Shown: one piece after another, positions 24,253 through 37,204 of the stretch
How the letters are laid out: the number at the start of each line of letters is the position of its first letter
How positions within the stretch are numbered: the stretch's first letter is position 1
Assembly (NCBI GenBank): GCA_028534125.1
Contig: CM052816.1
Location: 17,548,001 to 17,612,000, forward strand
Direction: 5' to 3'
Origin: Lama glama
Lineage: Eukaryota
DNA: 64,000 bases
The notes under the pieces: generated by a model
What the model saw: only the letters and a program-made list of their open reading frames with translations
Told to the model about the DNA's origin: nothing
Databases searched by the model: none
Translations under genes and position numbers: made by a program

Positions 24253-26302
24253 AATGCAAAATCCTGCGTGAAGCCAGGAGGCTGTAGAGATGCCGCTGGC
24301 TCAGATGCATGGATCTCGGTGGGAAGGACACTGGAGGGTAGAATAGGACGGGGCAGTTGTATCCCTGCATGTTGAGTGGTCATGTGACATTCTGACGTCC
24401 CAGAATTTGTTGGTACCACTTATTACCTAGGGCTTCCTCCCAAAAGTGCAGTCAAGCATGCCTGAAACCTCCATGCCCTATCCGAACCCTAATGAGAGTT
24501 CATGGGCTCCGGACAGTTGGGACAGCCCAGCTAAGCTATGTGGAGCCCACGATGTTTTGGTCAACCAAAATGATGTAGTTTTTTCTCCCACATCCCAGTT
24601 CTGAGGAGCTCAAATCAGATACATTCCTTAGCAGCTCTTTTGGCCTCTCAGGAGCCTGGCTTTGAGCCCCAGCCCTGCCTCTTGCTGCTCTGTGGCTCCA
24701 AGACTGTGAGATGAGGATGATGCTATGCTGAGGCCAGCTGTAGAGGGCTCTGTGTGAGCTTGGCCAGTAGCTGTAGTCCTAAACGGTGGCTCTCACTACC
24801 ACCACTGGCTTTGGGATTGCTTGTCAAGTGTTGGAACCATGCATGTCAAATCCACAAAGCCAGGGGTCCCTCCTGCTTCTCTTTCACCTTAGCAGTGACC
24901 CCTTGAATCCCAATGCAGGCTGTGGTCCAGTGATTTACTGTGCCATCCTAGCTTACAACAAGTCAAACTAGTATTAGAGCACAGGAATAGACATGTTTGG
25001 GGTCCACAAAGGAAGGCAGTGCCCAACAGAGGAGAGGGCTGTAAGATTCTGAGGGCCTGATAGACCTTGGCAAAGTATTCTTGAAAGTCTAGAAAGCTCT
25101 TGGCCCTTCTTGTAGTTCTGTGAGACTTTGGAGCATGTGAGAACTCAGAGGTGCTTACAATTTGAAAGAGGGCTGATGATATACTTGGAACTACAAGTTT
25201 TATGTGGATTATCATTTGCAAGCTTGGATAGATAAAAACCATCTCCCAGGAAGCATGTGGCAAGGTGCTTTATTTGCACCCATCACTTCTATCTTGATTG
25301 GTCTTCGGGATGAGCCTGAGGTATTGTGCTGCTGTTGGCCTATTTTCTTGCCTGGGAATTATCCCAGTTTGTACAGAGCACGGTACATGATGACACGTGA
25401 ATGGTCTGCAGTGAATTCTTGGTTCCACAGCCCCTCTTCTTGTCAGTGTCACAGCTGTGAGTGTTGGCAAATTCCTCCAGATAGATTTTCTTCTCCTCTG
25501 AAATGTTTGTCTAAAATTAATTTGAATGATTTTGAAGAGGTTGTCGAACAGTCAGAGGATTTTGCGAAACAGAATCTGCGGCCCTGGCAGAGGAGGAGAG
25601 AGCTGTGAATTCAGTGGGATGCGGGAGTGCCCCACCAAGATGGAAACTGGGTGCACACCTGTGAAGAGCTGGAAGGTCAGAGTAGCCCCTGTGCCACTGA
25701 GCAGCCCTGGGTGGGGAGCCCTTGAGGTTGGAGCCTTAAATACCATCACACCATGTGGACTTCAAGGGCAGGAAATGGCATGTATTAGCATAGGCCTACG
25801 GACTCTGGACGTTTGGCTGCCTTTCAGGAAAAATAGTTTTTTAAGCATATAGTCTGTGCCCTTGCTTCTTCTGTATGGTATCTTGTGAATTCAACATCAT
25901 CTCTCTCCATGACCCTGTTCCTCAGAGATCACATCAGAGAACACAGGTTTGAGAAGGATGTCAGTGTTGAGTGGATTTCTTTGTGTGCCATGGGTTTGTA
26001 TAACTCATGTGCCTTCGCTTGGCATCCAGCTCAGCGCTTTCACCCAGGAGATGAAACTCTCACCCACTAGGTTGCCAGCCGCCTGGGGGATTGGGTGTGC
26101 TTTGCTTACTGTTCTATTCCTAATGCCTATCAGAGGCCTGGCCCACAGTAAGAACTCGCTAAATACTTACTGAGTGTGTGTATGAGCAAACTCTTCTGAT
26201 AATGTTGATTGGATTTTTTATTATAAATATTTCCTCTATGCCATTGACATATAGATTCAGTTTAACTTTTCCTATATTTTTTTGAGATGTAGAATTGACT
26301 CT

Positions 26303-26436
26303 TTATTTTTTCTTTTTTTTGGAGGGGGAGTAATTAGGTTTGTTTATTTATTTATTTAAATGGAGGTACTGGGGATTAAACCCAGGACCTCATAAATGCT
26401 AAGCATGCATTCTACCACTGAGCTGTACCCTTCTCC
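26303..26436 (-). mobile_element. tRNA-Ala(AGC)-derived simple SINE (camelid Vic-1-like)
   Basis: Reverse strand reads GGGTACAGCTCAGTGGTAGAATGCATGCTTAGCATTTATGAGGTCCTGGGTTTAATCCCCAGTACCTCCA, then a (TAAA)n tail and poly(A); A/B boxes and an AGC anticodon are visible. Confidence 0.85.
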
Positions 26437-26489
26437 TTCTCCCTCGTTTTAAGTGTATTTTAAAAAACGTTTTTTAAAATAAAAAATTT

Positions 26490-26690
26490 TTTTTTAATTT
26501 TATACAAAATTTTAAGTTTACTTTCCATTTATAGTTATTATAAACTATTGGCTATCTTCCTCTTGTTGTACAGTTCATCTTTGAGCCTATCTTACACACA
26601 GTAGTTTATGCCTCCCACTCTCCTACCCCTCTATTGCCCCACCCCACTGGTAACCACTAGTTTGTTCTCTATGCCTGTGAGTCTGCTTTT
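26490..26690 (-). mobile_element. L1 3' UTR fragment
   Basis: 'tatagttattataaactattggctat...ccactggtaaccactagtttgttctctat..ctgtgagtctg'. Confidence 0.9.
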
Positions 26691-26838
26691 AAGCGTACTT
26701 TTGATTGATGCTGGGTGGACAAGGTAGGACACAGTTCAGCAGCCTGTTGTGGGAGTGTGAGACCTGGATTCTGTTCTCTGAGTGTCCCTTTCTCTCTGTG
26801 TGGACACTGAGTCTTACTCATTGGTAAAGCCTCAGAAG

Positions 26839-27042
26839 CAGGGGTCACAAACAATGGCCCAACACTTGTTTTTATAAATAAATCTGTTCTGGAACCCTGC
26901 CATGCTCATTTGTTTACACATTGTCTGTGGCGGCTTTCATGCCATAACGAAGAGTTGAGTCTTTGCGAGAGAATCCATATGGCCCAGAAAACCTAAAATA
27001 CTCGCTGTCTGGCCCTTTCCAGAACAAATTTGCTGATCCCTG
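26839..27042 (+). mobile_element. MER58A-like hAT-Charlie MITE
   Basis: TIRs 'caggggtcacaaac' and 'atttgctgatccctg'; internal 'agagttgagt' and 'cctaaaata..tctggcccttt'; degenerate 8-bp TSD ctcagaag/ctcatgag. Confidence 0.9.
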
Positions 27043-27159
27043 CTCATGAGCATCCTAGAGGTGTTTGGCACGTGGTAGGTACCTCCCTGGCAGAGCCTGT
27101 GTTTGGTGAATGCCTGTAGATTGGTTGAAGGAAGTGGTTTATCCATCTGTGTGGTGGGT

Positions 27160-27659
27160 NNNNNNNNNNNNNNNNNNNNNNNNNNNNNNNNNNNNNNNNN
27201 NNNNNNNNNNNNNNNNNNNNNNNNNNNNNNNNNNNNNNNNNNNNNNNNNNNNNNNNNNNNNNNNNNNNNNNNNNNNNNNNNNNNNNNNNNNNNNNNNNNN
27301 NNNNNNNNNNNNNNNNNNNNNNNNNNNNNNNNNNNNNNNNNNNNNNNNNNNNNNNNNNNNNNNNNNNNNNNNNNNNNNNNNNNNNNNNNNNNNNNNNNNN
27401 NNNNNNNNNNNNNNNNNNNNNNNNNNNNNNNNNNNNNNNNNNNNNNNNNNNNNNNNNNNNNNNNNNNNNNNNNNNNNNNNNNNNNNNNNNNNNNNNNNNN
27501 NNNNNNNNNNNNNNNNNNNNNNNNNNNNNNNNNNNNNNNNNNNNNNNNNNNNNNNNNNNNNNNNNNNNNNNNNNNNNNNNNNNNNNNNNNNNNNNNNNNN
27601 NNNNNNNNNNNNNNNNNNNNNNNNNNNNNNNNNNNNNNNNNNNNNNNNNNNNNNNNNNN
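27160..27659. other. Assembly gap (500 N)
   Basis: Run of N. Confidence 1.
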
Positions 27660-28429
27660 CAGCTGGGGACACAGAGGGCAGCTTTGGAAAATGTGGCCTC
27701 CATCCCAGCTGGCTCTTTGAGGCACAAGCCACAGAGCTGGCGGGAGACAGAGGCCTCTGTGCTTGTTCTGGGAGATGGTGAGAACAGCATTGCCTTTTGT
27801 GGCCCTTGAAAGAACACCGACCTTGGTTTGGTGATGAGGAGGGAGGGAGCAGTGGCTGAGTTTTTGCAGGTGCTTTGGCAGTTTAAAATTGCTGTTCATT
27901 CAGTGCTCCTTGGGGAGGAGGAAGGTGGAATAGACCCCAAGGCTTGAAAGACTGAATGCATTTCCTAAAAGGGAGCTGGTGGCTGATTGTCTTCCCAGGC
28001 TGCAGCATCAGAAAGCCTGTCACAGGTACCTGCTGGCACAGAGGATGAGCTAAGTGATGCCTTGGGTCACAGCCTCTGAGGCTTTATGTTTACCTGTGGC
28101 TTCCACTGCACATCAGGTCATTTCCATCTCAGTCCGTGCTGACCTGACTTTCAGGTCTTCCCATCTGCCTGAGCCTGTGCGCTGTCCTTGGTCCTGAACT
28201 GGCTGGAGGGATGGAGTCAAGTTGCATTGTGAAGCCAGCCTGCATCCTTGGGTAGGAGGAGCCTGATGAGGGAGATGTGAGTGGCTCCCCCTAATCTCCC
28301 CTTTCCTCCTCTCTTCTTGATGAATAGAGGTAGGTAAAAGTCAGGTGCTGGTGTTGAAGGAAAAATTATTTTTTCAGGTCAGCTGTGGAAACCAAGGGTT
28401 GGGTGGGTGGGAGAAAGACAGTGGGGGCT

Positions 28430-28670
28430 GCCATTTGTGGAGCACTCCATGGGATGAGCAGTGTGCTGAGATTTTTAAATTTCTTCATGTTCTTATTTAG
28501 TTTGAGCTTCACAGTACCTCTTTGAGATATTCTTACATCCCCATTTACAGATGGGAAAAGGAGACTTGAAGGCTTAAGTGACTGATTCAAGAATGCATTG
28601 TAAATGGTTGTGCTGGGATTTGAACCCAAGGTCTTTCTGACTTCCAAGGCCATGCTCTTCACTGTGCTTC
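28430..28670 (-). mobile_element. MIR SINE, near full length
   Basis: 'atccccatttacagatggg...ttaagtgact...gctgggatttgaacccaaggtct..ctgacttccaaggccatgctct'. Confidence 0.9.
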
Positions 28671-31600
28671 TGGAGCCAGAGGTGCTGTCTGGGAGGGGCA
28701 GGACCAATGGGTGGCGTATGTGGAGATGGTGGAAGAGGGCTTGAAAGACAAGGGGACCGTCTTTACTTGTTTCACAGTCTGAACCAGTCCTGTCTCAGCA
28801 GCTAATCAAACTTCTGAGACCTTATCAGGTCACACACTTTCATTTTTAAGGTGAGTATGTTTAAGCTACTTCCTGCCATTGATTAGTGCTACCAAATCCC
28901 TCCCCCTGGGGTCTCTCTTCCTAAGTCATGGCCTCTTTTGGATGCTCACAGTCACATATTAGATACACATTACCTGCTTAGGAAAGTGCATCCAGATGAC
29001 TGTACCACTAATTACATTAGTTCATCATCTGTTGAGTTACCCACCTTTTCGACGTTGGGTGTTTTCCAGTGTGTTATATTACCTCTCTACGTATTTCCCC
29101 TCTGCCAGTGCCTCACCTTCTCAATTCCCACCTCTCTGACCTTAGTCCTTCTGGTGAAAAGAAGCTGTCTTCCACTGCAGATGGAGTGTGACTCACGCAC
29201 AGGACACTTGCTCTGTCAAGCTGTCAGTCTGGTGAGTTTATTTGGTGTGGGTCTTAGGGAGCTGGTATATGAATATCTTTGGAGGAAAAAGTGGAGAATG
29301 ATGAATGCCTGAAAAGCTCTTCCCTGACATTCTAATTCTTACTCACTAAGTGTTAAAGTGGCAATATTTAGTCTGATGATTCAGTCTGTGCAGGGGAATT
29401 GGTTTTAGTGCTCTCACCATTGGGGCTCATGAATTGATCCACCACTGAGGTCTGAATTACCTGAGAGATGAGTTTATTTGGGCTCTGGAAAGAGAAGATC
29501 ATTTTCAACCCCACTCACCCCACAGCCTCTGATGATCAAGCCCTGGGCGGTGACTTGGATGATGGTACTACTAGATGTGCCTCAGCTTATGGAAGGAAAA
29601 TTTCACATTCACATCAGATGCTGGCTTAATGTATGATTTATAGCTATTAAGGCAGAGCAATGAGTAAAAAGTTTAAAATCATTGGCTCATCTTGTGTGAT
29701 TTTTAAGCAGCACCAGTACCCTCCTGTGGGCAGTGGAGGCTGCTCAGTGGTGTTTGCTTGCTTGGGAAGCAAAAAAAAGCATTAAGAGACCTTGTCACTT
29801 AAGCAGTGTCTTTCTGAACATGAAACCGTCCCGGTTTTGTTATTGTTAGTTAAAGCCACAGGATGGCACAGAAACACATTAGCTTATTACCCAGGATTTT
29901 TTTTTTCCTTTGCAGTAAAGATGAATCCGTGTATGTTTGATCTCTCTCATGTTTGAAGGAGATTAAAATAGATTCATTACGGTGAAACTCTTTTCACACG
30001 GGTATCTGTCTTTGTTGTGATGGAAAGCCAGAATGAGTTTTCATGCTAGTGGCTTCAAAACAGGATCCCAACCCCATCAGTCCCGGGGGTGTGGGAGGCT
30101 GGCAGAGGCTCCCTGCCCACCCATCAGACCACCACCACACTTAGCAACCCCAGCCCTGGAGGCAGGCCACCAAGGTGAGATAGTGTGGGGATGGTGTGCT
30201 GTGCTTTTTCAGACTGCTGGGAGTAGAGGCTCACTCGGGGCTCTGCAGGAGAGCAGGGCGTATGGCAGGGCTAGCCAGAGAGGGGAGGAGCTCCAGAAAC
30301 AGTGTCAGTTATGCAAAAGCCAAACACTGAACAGCTGAGCCTGCGAAGTCCTGGGAGGTGGCTCAGGATACAGTAGCAGCCTGTAGTAGGCTTCCTTTCC
30401 TCCCCTCTGCTGCTTCTCTCTCTCTCCGTCTGCTGGAGGGGTCTCACATTCCAGCTCCCCAAGAGGGAACTGAGTTACTTCTTATGCTCACCGTTGGCTG
30501 CTGGCTAGTCTGTGGAGGACAGCCTGGGCCTCAGGCACTGAACTCTGGTCCAGCAGTGTCAGACACGCAGGACTGTGGTCCTGGAACCCTGTCTGGCTAC
30601 TGTGCTCAGTTAAGGGGACAGCCATCTGCATGGAGCTGATTGTAGCATCTTAGCCTCTCCAGCTCACTTGGGGAGTCCGACCTCATTTGCATGAAGGGCC
30701 TTTGGATTTTTTCATTTTCCAGCTCAGAAGCTGAAGCTATCTGTGCCTGAGACAAATTGCTGCTGTTTAGCTCAACCTTCAAGATTGGCTTTGCTCATCA
30801 GCCGCCCTGTCTACGTCTTCAGAGCTGGGGTGGCTGTGCCTGTCCCAGTTGTGCTGCCAATGCCACCTCTTTCTCTCCTCTCCCATATATGTTCTCTCCC
30901 CTTTCTCCTCCAACCCCAAAGCCCAAGCATCTGCCTGTATATCTGTCTCTGGCTGGGTGTCCCTCAGGCAGCAATTCCCATGCAGAAAAAAACCAACAAA
31001 TGGAGGAGAGGAGGTGATTGGATTGCATTTCTCCCAGCTCTGTTTCCTGATTCTCATTCAGTCTTTCCTGATTTCTTTCAGACCCAGGCTAATTTCTCTT
31101 TGGGATAAGGACTTACTTTCGGGACTGGTCTCGTTAATTTGTTGGCTTTGGACTCTGTCCAGGATACAGAACTTCACATGGTTTCTTCTGAACATGTTAG
31201 CAGAGAATCCTGAATTTTGCTACAGCTGGTGGTCGTGCAGAAGCATAAGAAGTAGACCCCCACCACCCAACAATTGATCTGTCAGCTTATTTAATTGCTT
31301 ATGTCTTGTCTTGTTCCCAGAACTTAATTTTTCCACTAGTAATACATGTTCCTTGTAGAAAATTAAAAAAAAAAGTAACAGGAACAAGTTGTTCCTTGAT
31401 ACTTGGAGAGCAAGACATCACACATTCAATTTTTTTTACTACAGTAAATCAACTTTAAGCACAACTTGCTGAGATAGACAAGGGGCCTAGTGTCAGGCAT
31501 TTCTCAAGGTCCTTCCCTGTAGAGAGACTCAGGAGACGGAGGGAGGGAGAGAGGAGGGCCCGGAGGCCCTGGTGCTGAATGCCGCACAGGGCCTGGTCCA

Positions 31601-33339
31601 TGCAGGTGCCTCCTACACCCCACACTGTGGTCCTGTAGCCCAGAGGAGTCAAGCTCCCCTGTGGAGGCCTCCACTCGCTCACTCCCATCCCATACAACAA
31701 CCTGTGTGAGACCATGCCCTGCTTCTGCTCTTAAGCTCAGGCTGTCACCCCTCGCCATGTGGAGATGCTCATAGAGGTAATTTTCCTTGTTGGGCCAAGA
31801 AATTGAACACACAGAAATTGGAGGAGGGCTTGTCCTCTGCCTGTCCATTCCTCCTCTCTTGTTCTGAAGCTCACAGGGAACAACATCTACTTTTCTGTGG
31901 ATACAGGAGAACCCAGATCTTTGGAAGTTCGAGCTGGTCTCTTCCTCATAGGTTAGGGAAGTGAGGTGCTGCTTCGGTGAGAATACTGCAGCCAAAACAA
32001 AGGAACAACAAAAGACACCGACACTGTTCTTAATAAAGTTCCCTCTTATGTACAAGTCCACACAAAGATCAAGGCACAAGGCAACCTTGATTTTGCGACC
32101 TGGGCTTCACAGCTGTTAGCATTTTGTTGCTGATTTTGCCTTTTATCTATGCACATGTATGAATGTGCACAAGAAAGGTTGGGGACAGAGATCCAGTATA
32201 AAGCGGCACCTAAAAAAGAACAAACCCACGTGAAAGGAAAATAAGGGTATGAAAATAAAACGAATCCAGGACTGACTTTTCTCAGAAGACTTATTTGCTT
32301 CCCCCAGTGCTAGAAGGGGGTTTCTGTGAAAAAGACTCTTCTCCAGGGAGCTTGGAAGGAAAACCTGTTTGTTTGGTGGGTCTAATTTCCTTTTGAAAAG
32401 CTCTGTCTCTCCCCACCAATCCCAAGGGAGCTCTGTTGGCTGAGGACCTTGTAATTGCTGAACCGCGATTCAAATTAGAGTGTGATTGTGATCAAACTCA
32501 GCGACTCTCATTACTCCTTGGCCTCTTGCATCAAAACCACTCACAGTGACGGCAGCAAAGGCGAGCACGCAGCCTGCGATTCTGACGGGCTTCACATTTA
32601 CTAAGCGGGGGAGAGCAGGAGGGGCAGGCATCTGTACCTGCTGCCTGGGGATGTGAGGCTCTGCCTGTGCTGCTCTCTTCCTGGGACCATGAATAGCCTG
32701 GACTGCTCCCGGGGGCTGTGACTGGGTGGGTTCCCCGGCTTTTATTCTAAGCCCAACTGGTTCACAGACCTGAAAATAATTAGAGGCGGGTGTGCCCAGA
32801 GTGGTCTGCCGAGTGTGAAAGCCTGGTGGCCGCTGGCTTTTGTCGTGGATGCCCATTTTGCCTCATGTACTTGGTTGCTTAGATGGCCAGCGACAGTTTT
32901 ATTGCATTCAGTGCTTTCAAGATTGCCTTTGAGTTTCTTGTGGCACCGTCTGAAAAGGCCTGATGCTCCTGGGTGCCGGGAAGGGTATATGCTTCTAAGC
33001 CCCTTTGAAGTGGAGGGCGTGGGCTTTGTTCTCTGCAGACATGTCTTTCCAGAATCATACTGTGGATCTCCTCAGTGGGGAGGGCTGGGGGTAGCTGGAG
33101 GTCATGTATAACCCATGCAAACCTGGAGCATGAGGCCCCCAGTGGCTAATTCCACTGCTGACTGTTTGATGGCTGTGGCTGTATTTTTGTTTTGGGGTTT
33201 AAAAAAAAATCCTTGTTTTAATTTTAACAACCAAGATAGGCAGTTGCCTTCTTTCTTAAAGGAGTTTGGGTTCATTCCTACCTAAAGATGGGATCCTGGA
33301 TTAAATAAGTTATTAAGATTTTCTTGGGTTTTTACTTTA

Positions 33340-33760
33340 TATTTTTATTGAGGTGTAATACAGAAAAGTACACAAATTTTAGGTGTACAGGTCAATAAAT
33401 GTTTACTTCTAATATTCCTCTACAACCTTGTCTCGATCAAGATATAGGAACATTTGCAGCACCCCCGAAGGCTCTGTCATGTCCTTCCCAGGCAGTGCTC
33501 CCTTACCAAGGGGAAGCACCACTCTGACTTTTATCACCATTGACAGGTTTTGCCTGTTTCTGAATTTGATCTAGAGTGAATGCATCCAGTATGTATCCTT
33601 CTGTATCTGTCTTCTTTCACTCATCATGTCTGTGAGGATGTTGTATCCTAGAAGTTCTTTTTCTATCCTAGACATTCTTTTTCATTGTTGCATTGTATTC
33701 CATTATATGAACTTATTACCACAATTTATCTATTCTGTTAGTGGGCATTTGACTGCTTGA
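33340..33760 (-). mobile_element. Old L1 (L1MD/L1ME-like) 3' end
   Basis: 'tttattgaggtgtaat..aaagtacacaaatt...atcaagatat..aacattt..agcaccccc...accactctgacttttatcacc..ttttgcctgtttctgaa'. Confidence 0.85.
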
Positions 33761-33974
33761 CTTTTTTAAAATAGCTGGACATGTAAGCCATCCTTTGATA
33801 CTGTCCATGATTTTTTTTACATATTAGCAATGATGCTTTCTTTATTTCCAAGTGAAATTCCACATAAAATTCGTACCTAGGAATGAGATTGAATGTGACT
33901 GCTGTGGGTTAGTGGCTTCCAGCCCTGCTTCTTTCCCTTCCCTCTCCCCTGGGGGGGCCCCAGGTGAGGAGGTT

Positions 33975-34190
33975 CAGCTCATTGTCTCAGAATCTGGTCT
34001 CTGGAGTCAGACTGCCTGCCTGATTTTCCCTTGCTGTACATCCTTGGATAAATTAATCTCAGTTTTCTTATTTACAAAATGGAAATTGAGAAAACAGTAC
34101 TGACATCCTAAGGTTATTGAAAACCTTAAGACAGTGCAAAGCAAGCATCACACACAGCTTTGCCACTTAGCGAGTGCTTGATAAGTGGCA
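33975..34190 (+). mobile_element. MIR SINE
   Basis: 'tctggagtcagactgcctg...ccttggataaatta..ctcagtttt..aaaatgg'. Confidence 0.8.
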
Positions 34191-34732
34191 TGCTAAGGGC
34201 TGTTGCCATCCTTGTAGGCATCGTCATTTCCGTCTCGCTGGGGCCTAGTGCTCCCTGGAGTGCTGTTGCAAAGCCATGAATTCACAGCAGTGGCGGGATT
34301 GCAGCCCTTAACGGTTCCTCCAGGCCCGTGAAGATGCCATGCACTACAGCGCCTTGGTATGTGGCTCTGAGGCGCTTCTCGCTGCTGTGTGTGAGCTCTT
34401 TGGAGGCAGGCACATGGCACCTCATGGAGCCTGGCTGGAAGCTGGCCCTACACTGGGTGGTGGAAATGTACCTCCCAGAGCGCTATCCCAGACCCAACTT
34501 TTGCTGTGTACCTGGGCTTGCTGGGACTGTTGAGCTTTCTAAATGAAGACTGTCTGGGGCTCCATCCCTGTGTCAGGATGTTCTTGTGGCGTGAGTCCAG
34601 AAAGATGTTAGGATGGGGAGAATGGGGAGCCCTGTCAGGCTTTTATCCCACCCTGGCTTCCAGCCAGATTGGACTTCTGGAGCCAGGCCAAGGTGTAGCT
34701 GAAAGGATTAGATGTAACTGTTATTACCATTC

Positions 34733-35065
34733 ATAATAACAATAGCTAACATTTATTTAGTGCGTGCTGTCTGTGTTAGATGTGCTGTTTAATTGAATCT
34801 TCACAACAGCCCTGTGAGGTAGGCACTCTTGTTACATCTGTTGATACATGTTGATCTGCCCATTGGGCACCTCCTCCTCCAACTAGGATTAAGTTCCATG
34901 AGGGAGGGGTTTTTTTTTTCTTCACCATCGTATCCCCAGAAACTTGAATAGTCCAGGCTCAGTAAATAATTGTGAAATGATGAATGACTCCCTCTGTTAA
35001 AGAAGAAGAAATTGCAGCTCAGATAAGTTAAATAACTCAATCATGGTCATGCTGTGAGTTAAGTC
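34733..35065 (-). mobile_element. MIR (minus) interrupted by an L2 3' end (plus, ~34865-34987)
   Basis: MIR 'aatagctaacatttat...tcacaacagccctgtgaggtaggc' breaks at L2 'aagttccatgaggg...tatccccag..ctcagtaaataattg..tgaatga' and resumes at 'gaaattgcagctcag..aagttaaataact'. Confidence 0.65.
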
Positions 35066-36435
35066 CAGCTGGGGTGTGTTTGATGCTGAGCTCCTGCTGG
35101 TAACTGTGGCCTGTGCAAGAGTTGGAGGCCTCTCCCAAAAGGACAGAGGTCCAGGCTTGGAGTGGGATGGAGTGATGTTACCCTGAGCTCAGGGTTGGCG
35201 TATACCTGTGGTAATGAACCCAGTGTGCTGCAGGAATTACCTGCCACCCATCAGCCAGCTGGGGTCTTTCAGGACTCTCACTTGTGGATTGAGACCTTGG
35301 CCATCCCCACGTGGCCTGGTGGGGCAGAGGATTGGTGGGGGACCTCAGGCTTGGCCCTTCACTCACTTGCCGCAGGCTCTGGGCAGATGTCTCTGTCCTG
35401 GACCATTCTACAGGGATGCTGAAGGGTGTAATGGGGCAGGAGGTGACACCTGCCCTGTCTGACAGGGACCTCAGGTCAGTTCTATGCTTAGTTTGAAACA
35501 AAGCAGTTCACCCTTGGAGGTTTTCACCTTCTTTTTCTTTAAACTCTGGGTATTCCCAGCGGCTGTCTCTGGGCTGGAAACTTTGTTGGGTATGTCAGTC
35601 TCCTGGGGGCCTTTCAAGCCATCCTTGTTCTTGAGTCCAGTTTTGCTCACAGCACAATGGGCAGCGAGTAATTACCACGATGCTGTTCTGCCAGACATCA
35701 TAGCTGCCAGGAGTTTCTGGCCTGAGTAATCTCCATGTCTGTGAGGAGACAACTCAGGACTCTCTGAAGTGAGGTGCAGGTCAGAGAGGGGCTGCTCACC
35801 TCCAGGCCTCTTCACTTGCTGCTTATCCATCCTGGCTCCATCTCCTGTGAAATTCCTATTTACCTGTTCCCGGGTAAGTACGTATTCCTTCTTCTTTGAC
35901 TCTCCATTTTTCCCATGCTTAGCATTGTCATTTTCTGGTGTTTTACTTTGGGATCCTTACTCCACTGTAACTCATCGCTATCACTCACTCTTCCCTCCCT
36001 TCCTGGGAGTTTCTGACACAGAGTTGGACTTTTTGGGGGGACAGTTATGAAACTGTCCTCTGACATCAGTGGGGTGCTGCTAAAAAGGTACGTGTCTCCC
36101 CTTCTTAGCTGTTTCCCACCCTGGGGTCATTTTAAGCAGCTTTTAGAGATGGTGCCTTGTCAGGATCTTTTCTTTACAAGTGAAATTGCAGGTGTCTCCA
36201 TGTACTTTTCCCTCAGGTCACAGGTGCAGGCAGGAATTTGCATCCAGTCCTTGGGGTGAAAGATGAAGCCCCTATTTCTTGGCACAGGTGGTGGACTGCA
36301 GAACGTGGGGTTGAATAGACTTAGCAAACAAGTGGCAGGAGAGCATAGATGCTAAGATCTTGGCGCTGGACAGACTGCCTTGGTCCATGTGGGGCCCTGG
36401 CCAAGTTTCTTCTTGTAGTTTCCTCATTCTTCAGG

Positions 36436-36742
36436 CTCTCATGGTCCACCATGGTGACCAGCAGCCACATGTGCCTACTGAGCACTTGTACTGAGATGTG
36501 CAATGAGTGTAGAACACACACCAGATTTTGAAGCCTTAGTATGAAAAGAAACATTACAGATCATTAATATTTTAAAATACTGATGACATGTTGCAATAAT
36601 ATTTTGGATATGTTAGGTTAAATAAAATGCTGAATTTAATTCCACCTGCTTCTTTTTACTTTTTAAAGCAGCTGCTAGAAAATTTAAGTGCCGTCCACGG
36701 CTCACATTTGTATTCACGTTCTGTTTCTGTTGAGCAGTGCTG
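36436..36742 (-). mobile_element. MER33 hAT-Charlie element
   Basis: 'agccacatgtgcctactgagcacttg..ctgagatgtgc...acaccagattttgaag..ttagtatgaaaa...taatattttggatat..ggttaaataaaat...ctagaaaattt' and terminus 'gcagtgctg'. Confidence 0.9.
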
Positions 36743-37204
36743 ATCTGGATGGACAGTCATATCCCTTTCTCTGTGAGTTCTTGTGAGGGTGAAATGGGCA
36801 AACAGATGGACGTGTTTAGTTTGGTACTTGGCATGTAGTGAGCATTCAGGGAATCTGAGAGGCTGTCATAGTCAACATGGTCATCATTTTGTCATCAAGG
36901 GTGGAAATCTAAGTTAAGAGGAGATTTGGGGACATCTGGATCATGGTTCAAGGTAAAATCATCTCCTTCCTCCAGAGAGGTTATGTATGATTTGGGGGGT
37001 TCTCTCTTGATCAAGAATCCTGCTCCCCTTGGCTTCCTGTCTGTGTTTTTGATGAAAGGTCCTTTGTATAATTCATGGTGAACCCTATTACCTAAAGGAA
37101 TGACTTCTCACTGCACACTACTTCGTAGCGCCCCCGGGGCTTCCTTATTTACCCAGCTACTTTCACTATTGTATTGGAGTGAAAAGCCCATTTTTTATGA
37201 AACC

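Noticed and set aside
26361..26432. Functional tRNA-Ala gene
   Set aside because: Mutated B-box and stems, followed by a SINE-type TAAA/poly-A tail
26937..27899. Long ORFs (up to 320 aa) around the first gap
   Set aside because: They stay open only because they cross 500 Ns; flanks are MER58A/L2 or unique non-coding sequence
31504..32079. 191-aa minus-strand ORF
   Set aside because: No recognisable domain or convincing splice context; compatible with a chance ORF
37120..37141. CTCF-like motif (reverse GGGGGCGCTA); similar partial matches near 17300 and 45862
   Set aside because: Only part of the core matches and one copy is MIR-derived; cannot be supported without a PWM score or ChIP data
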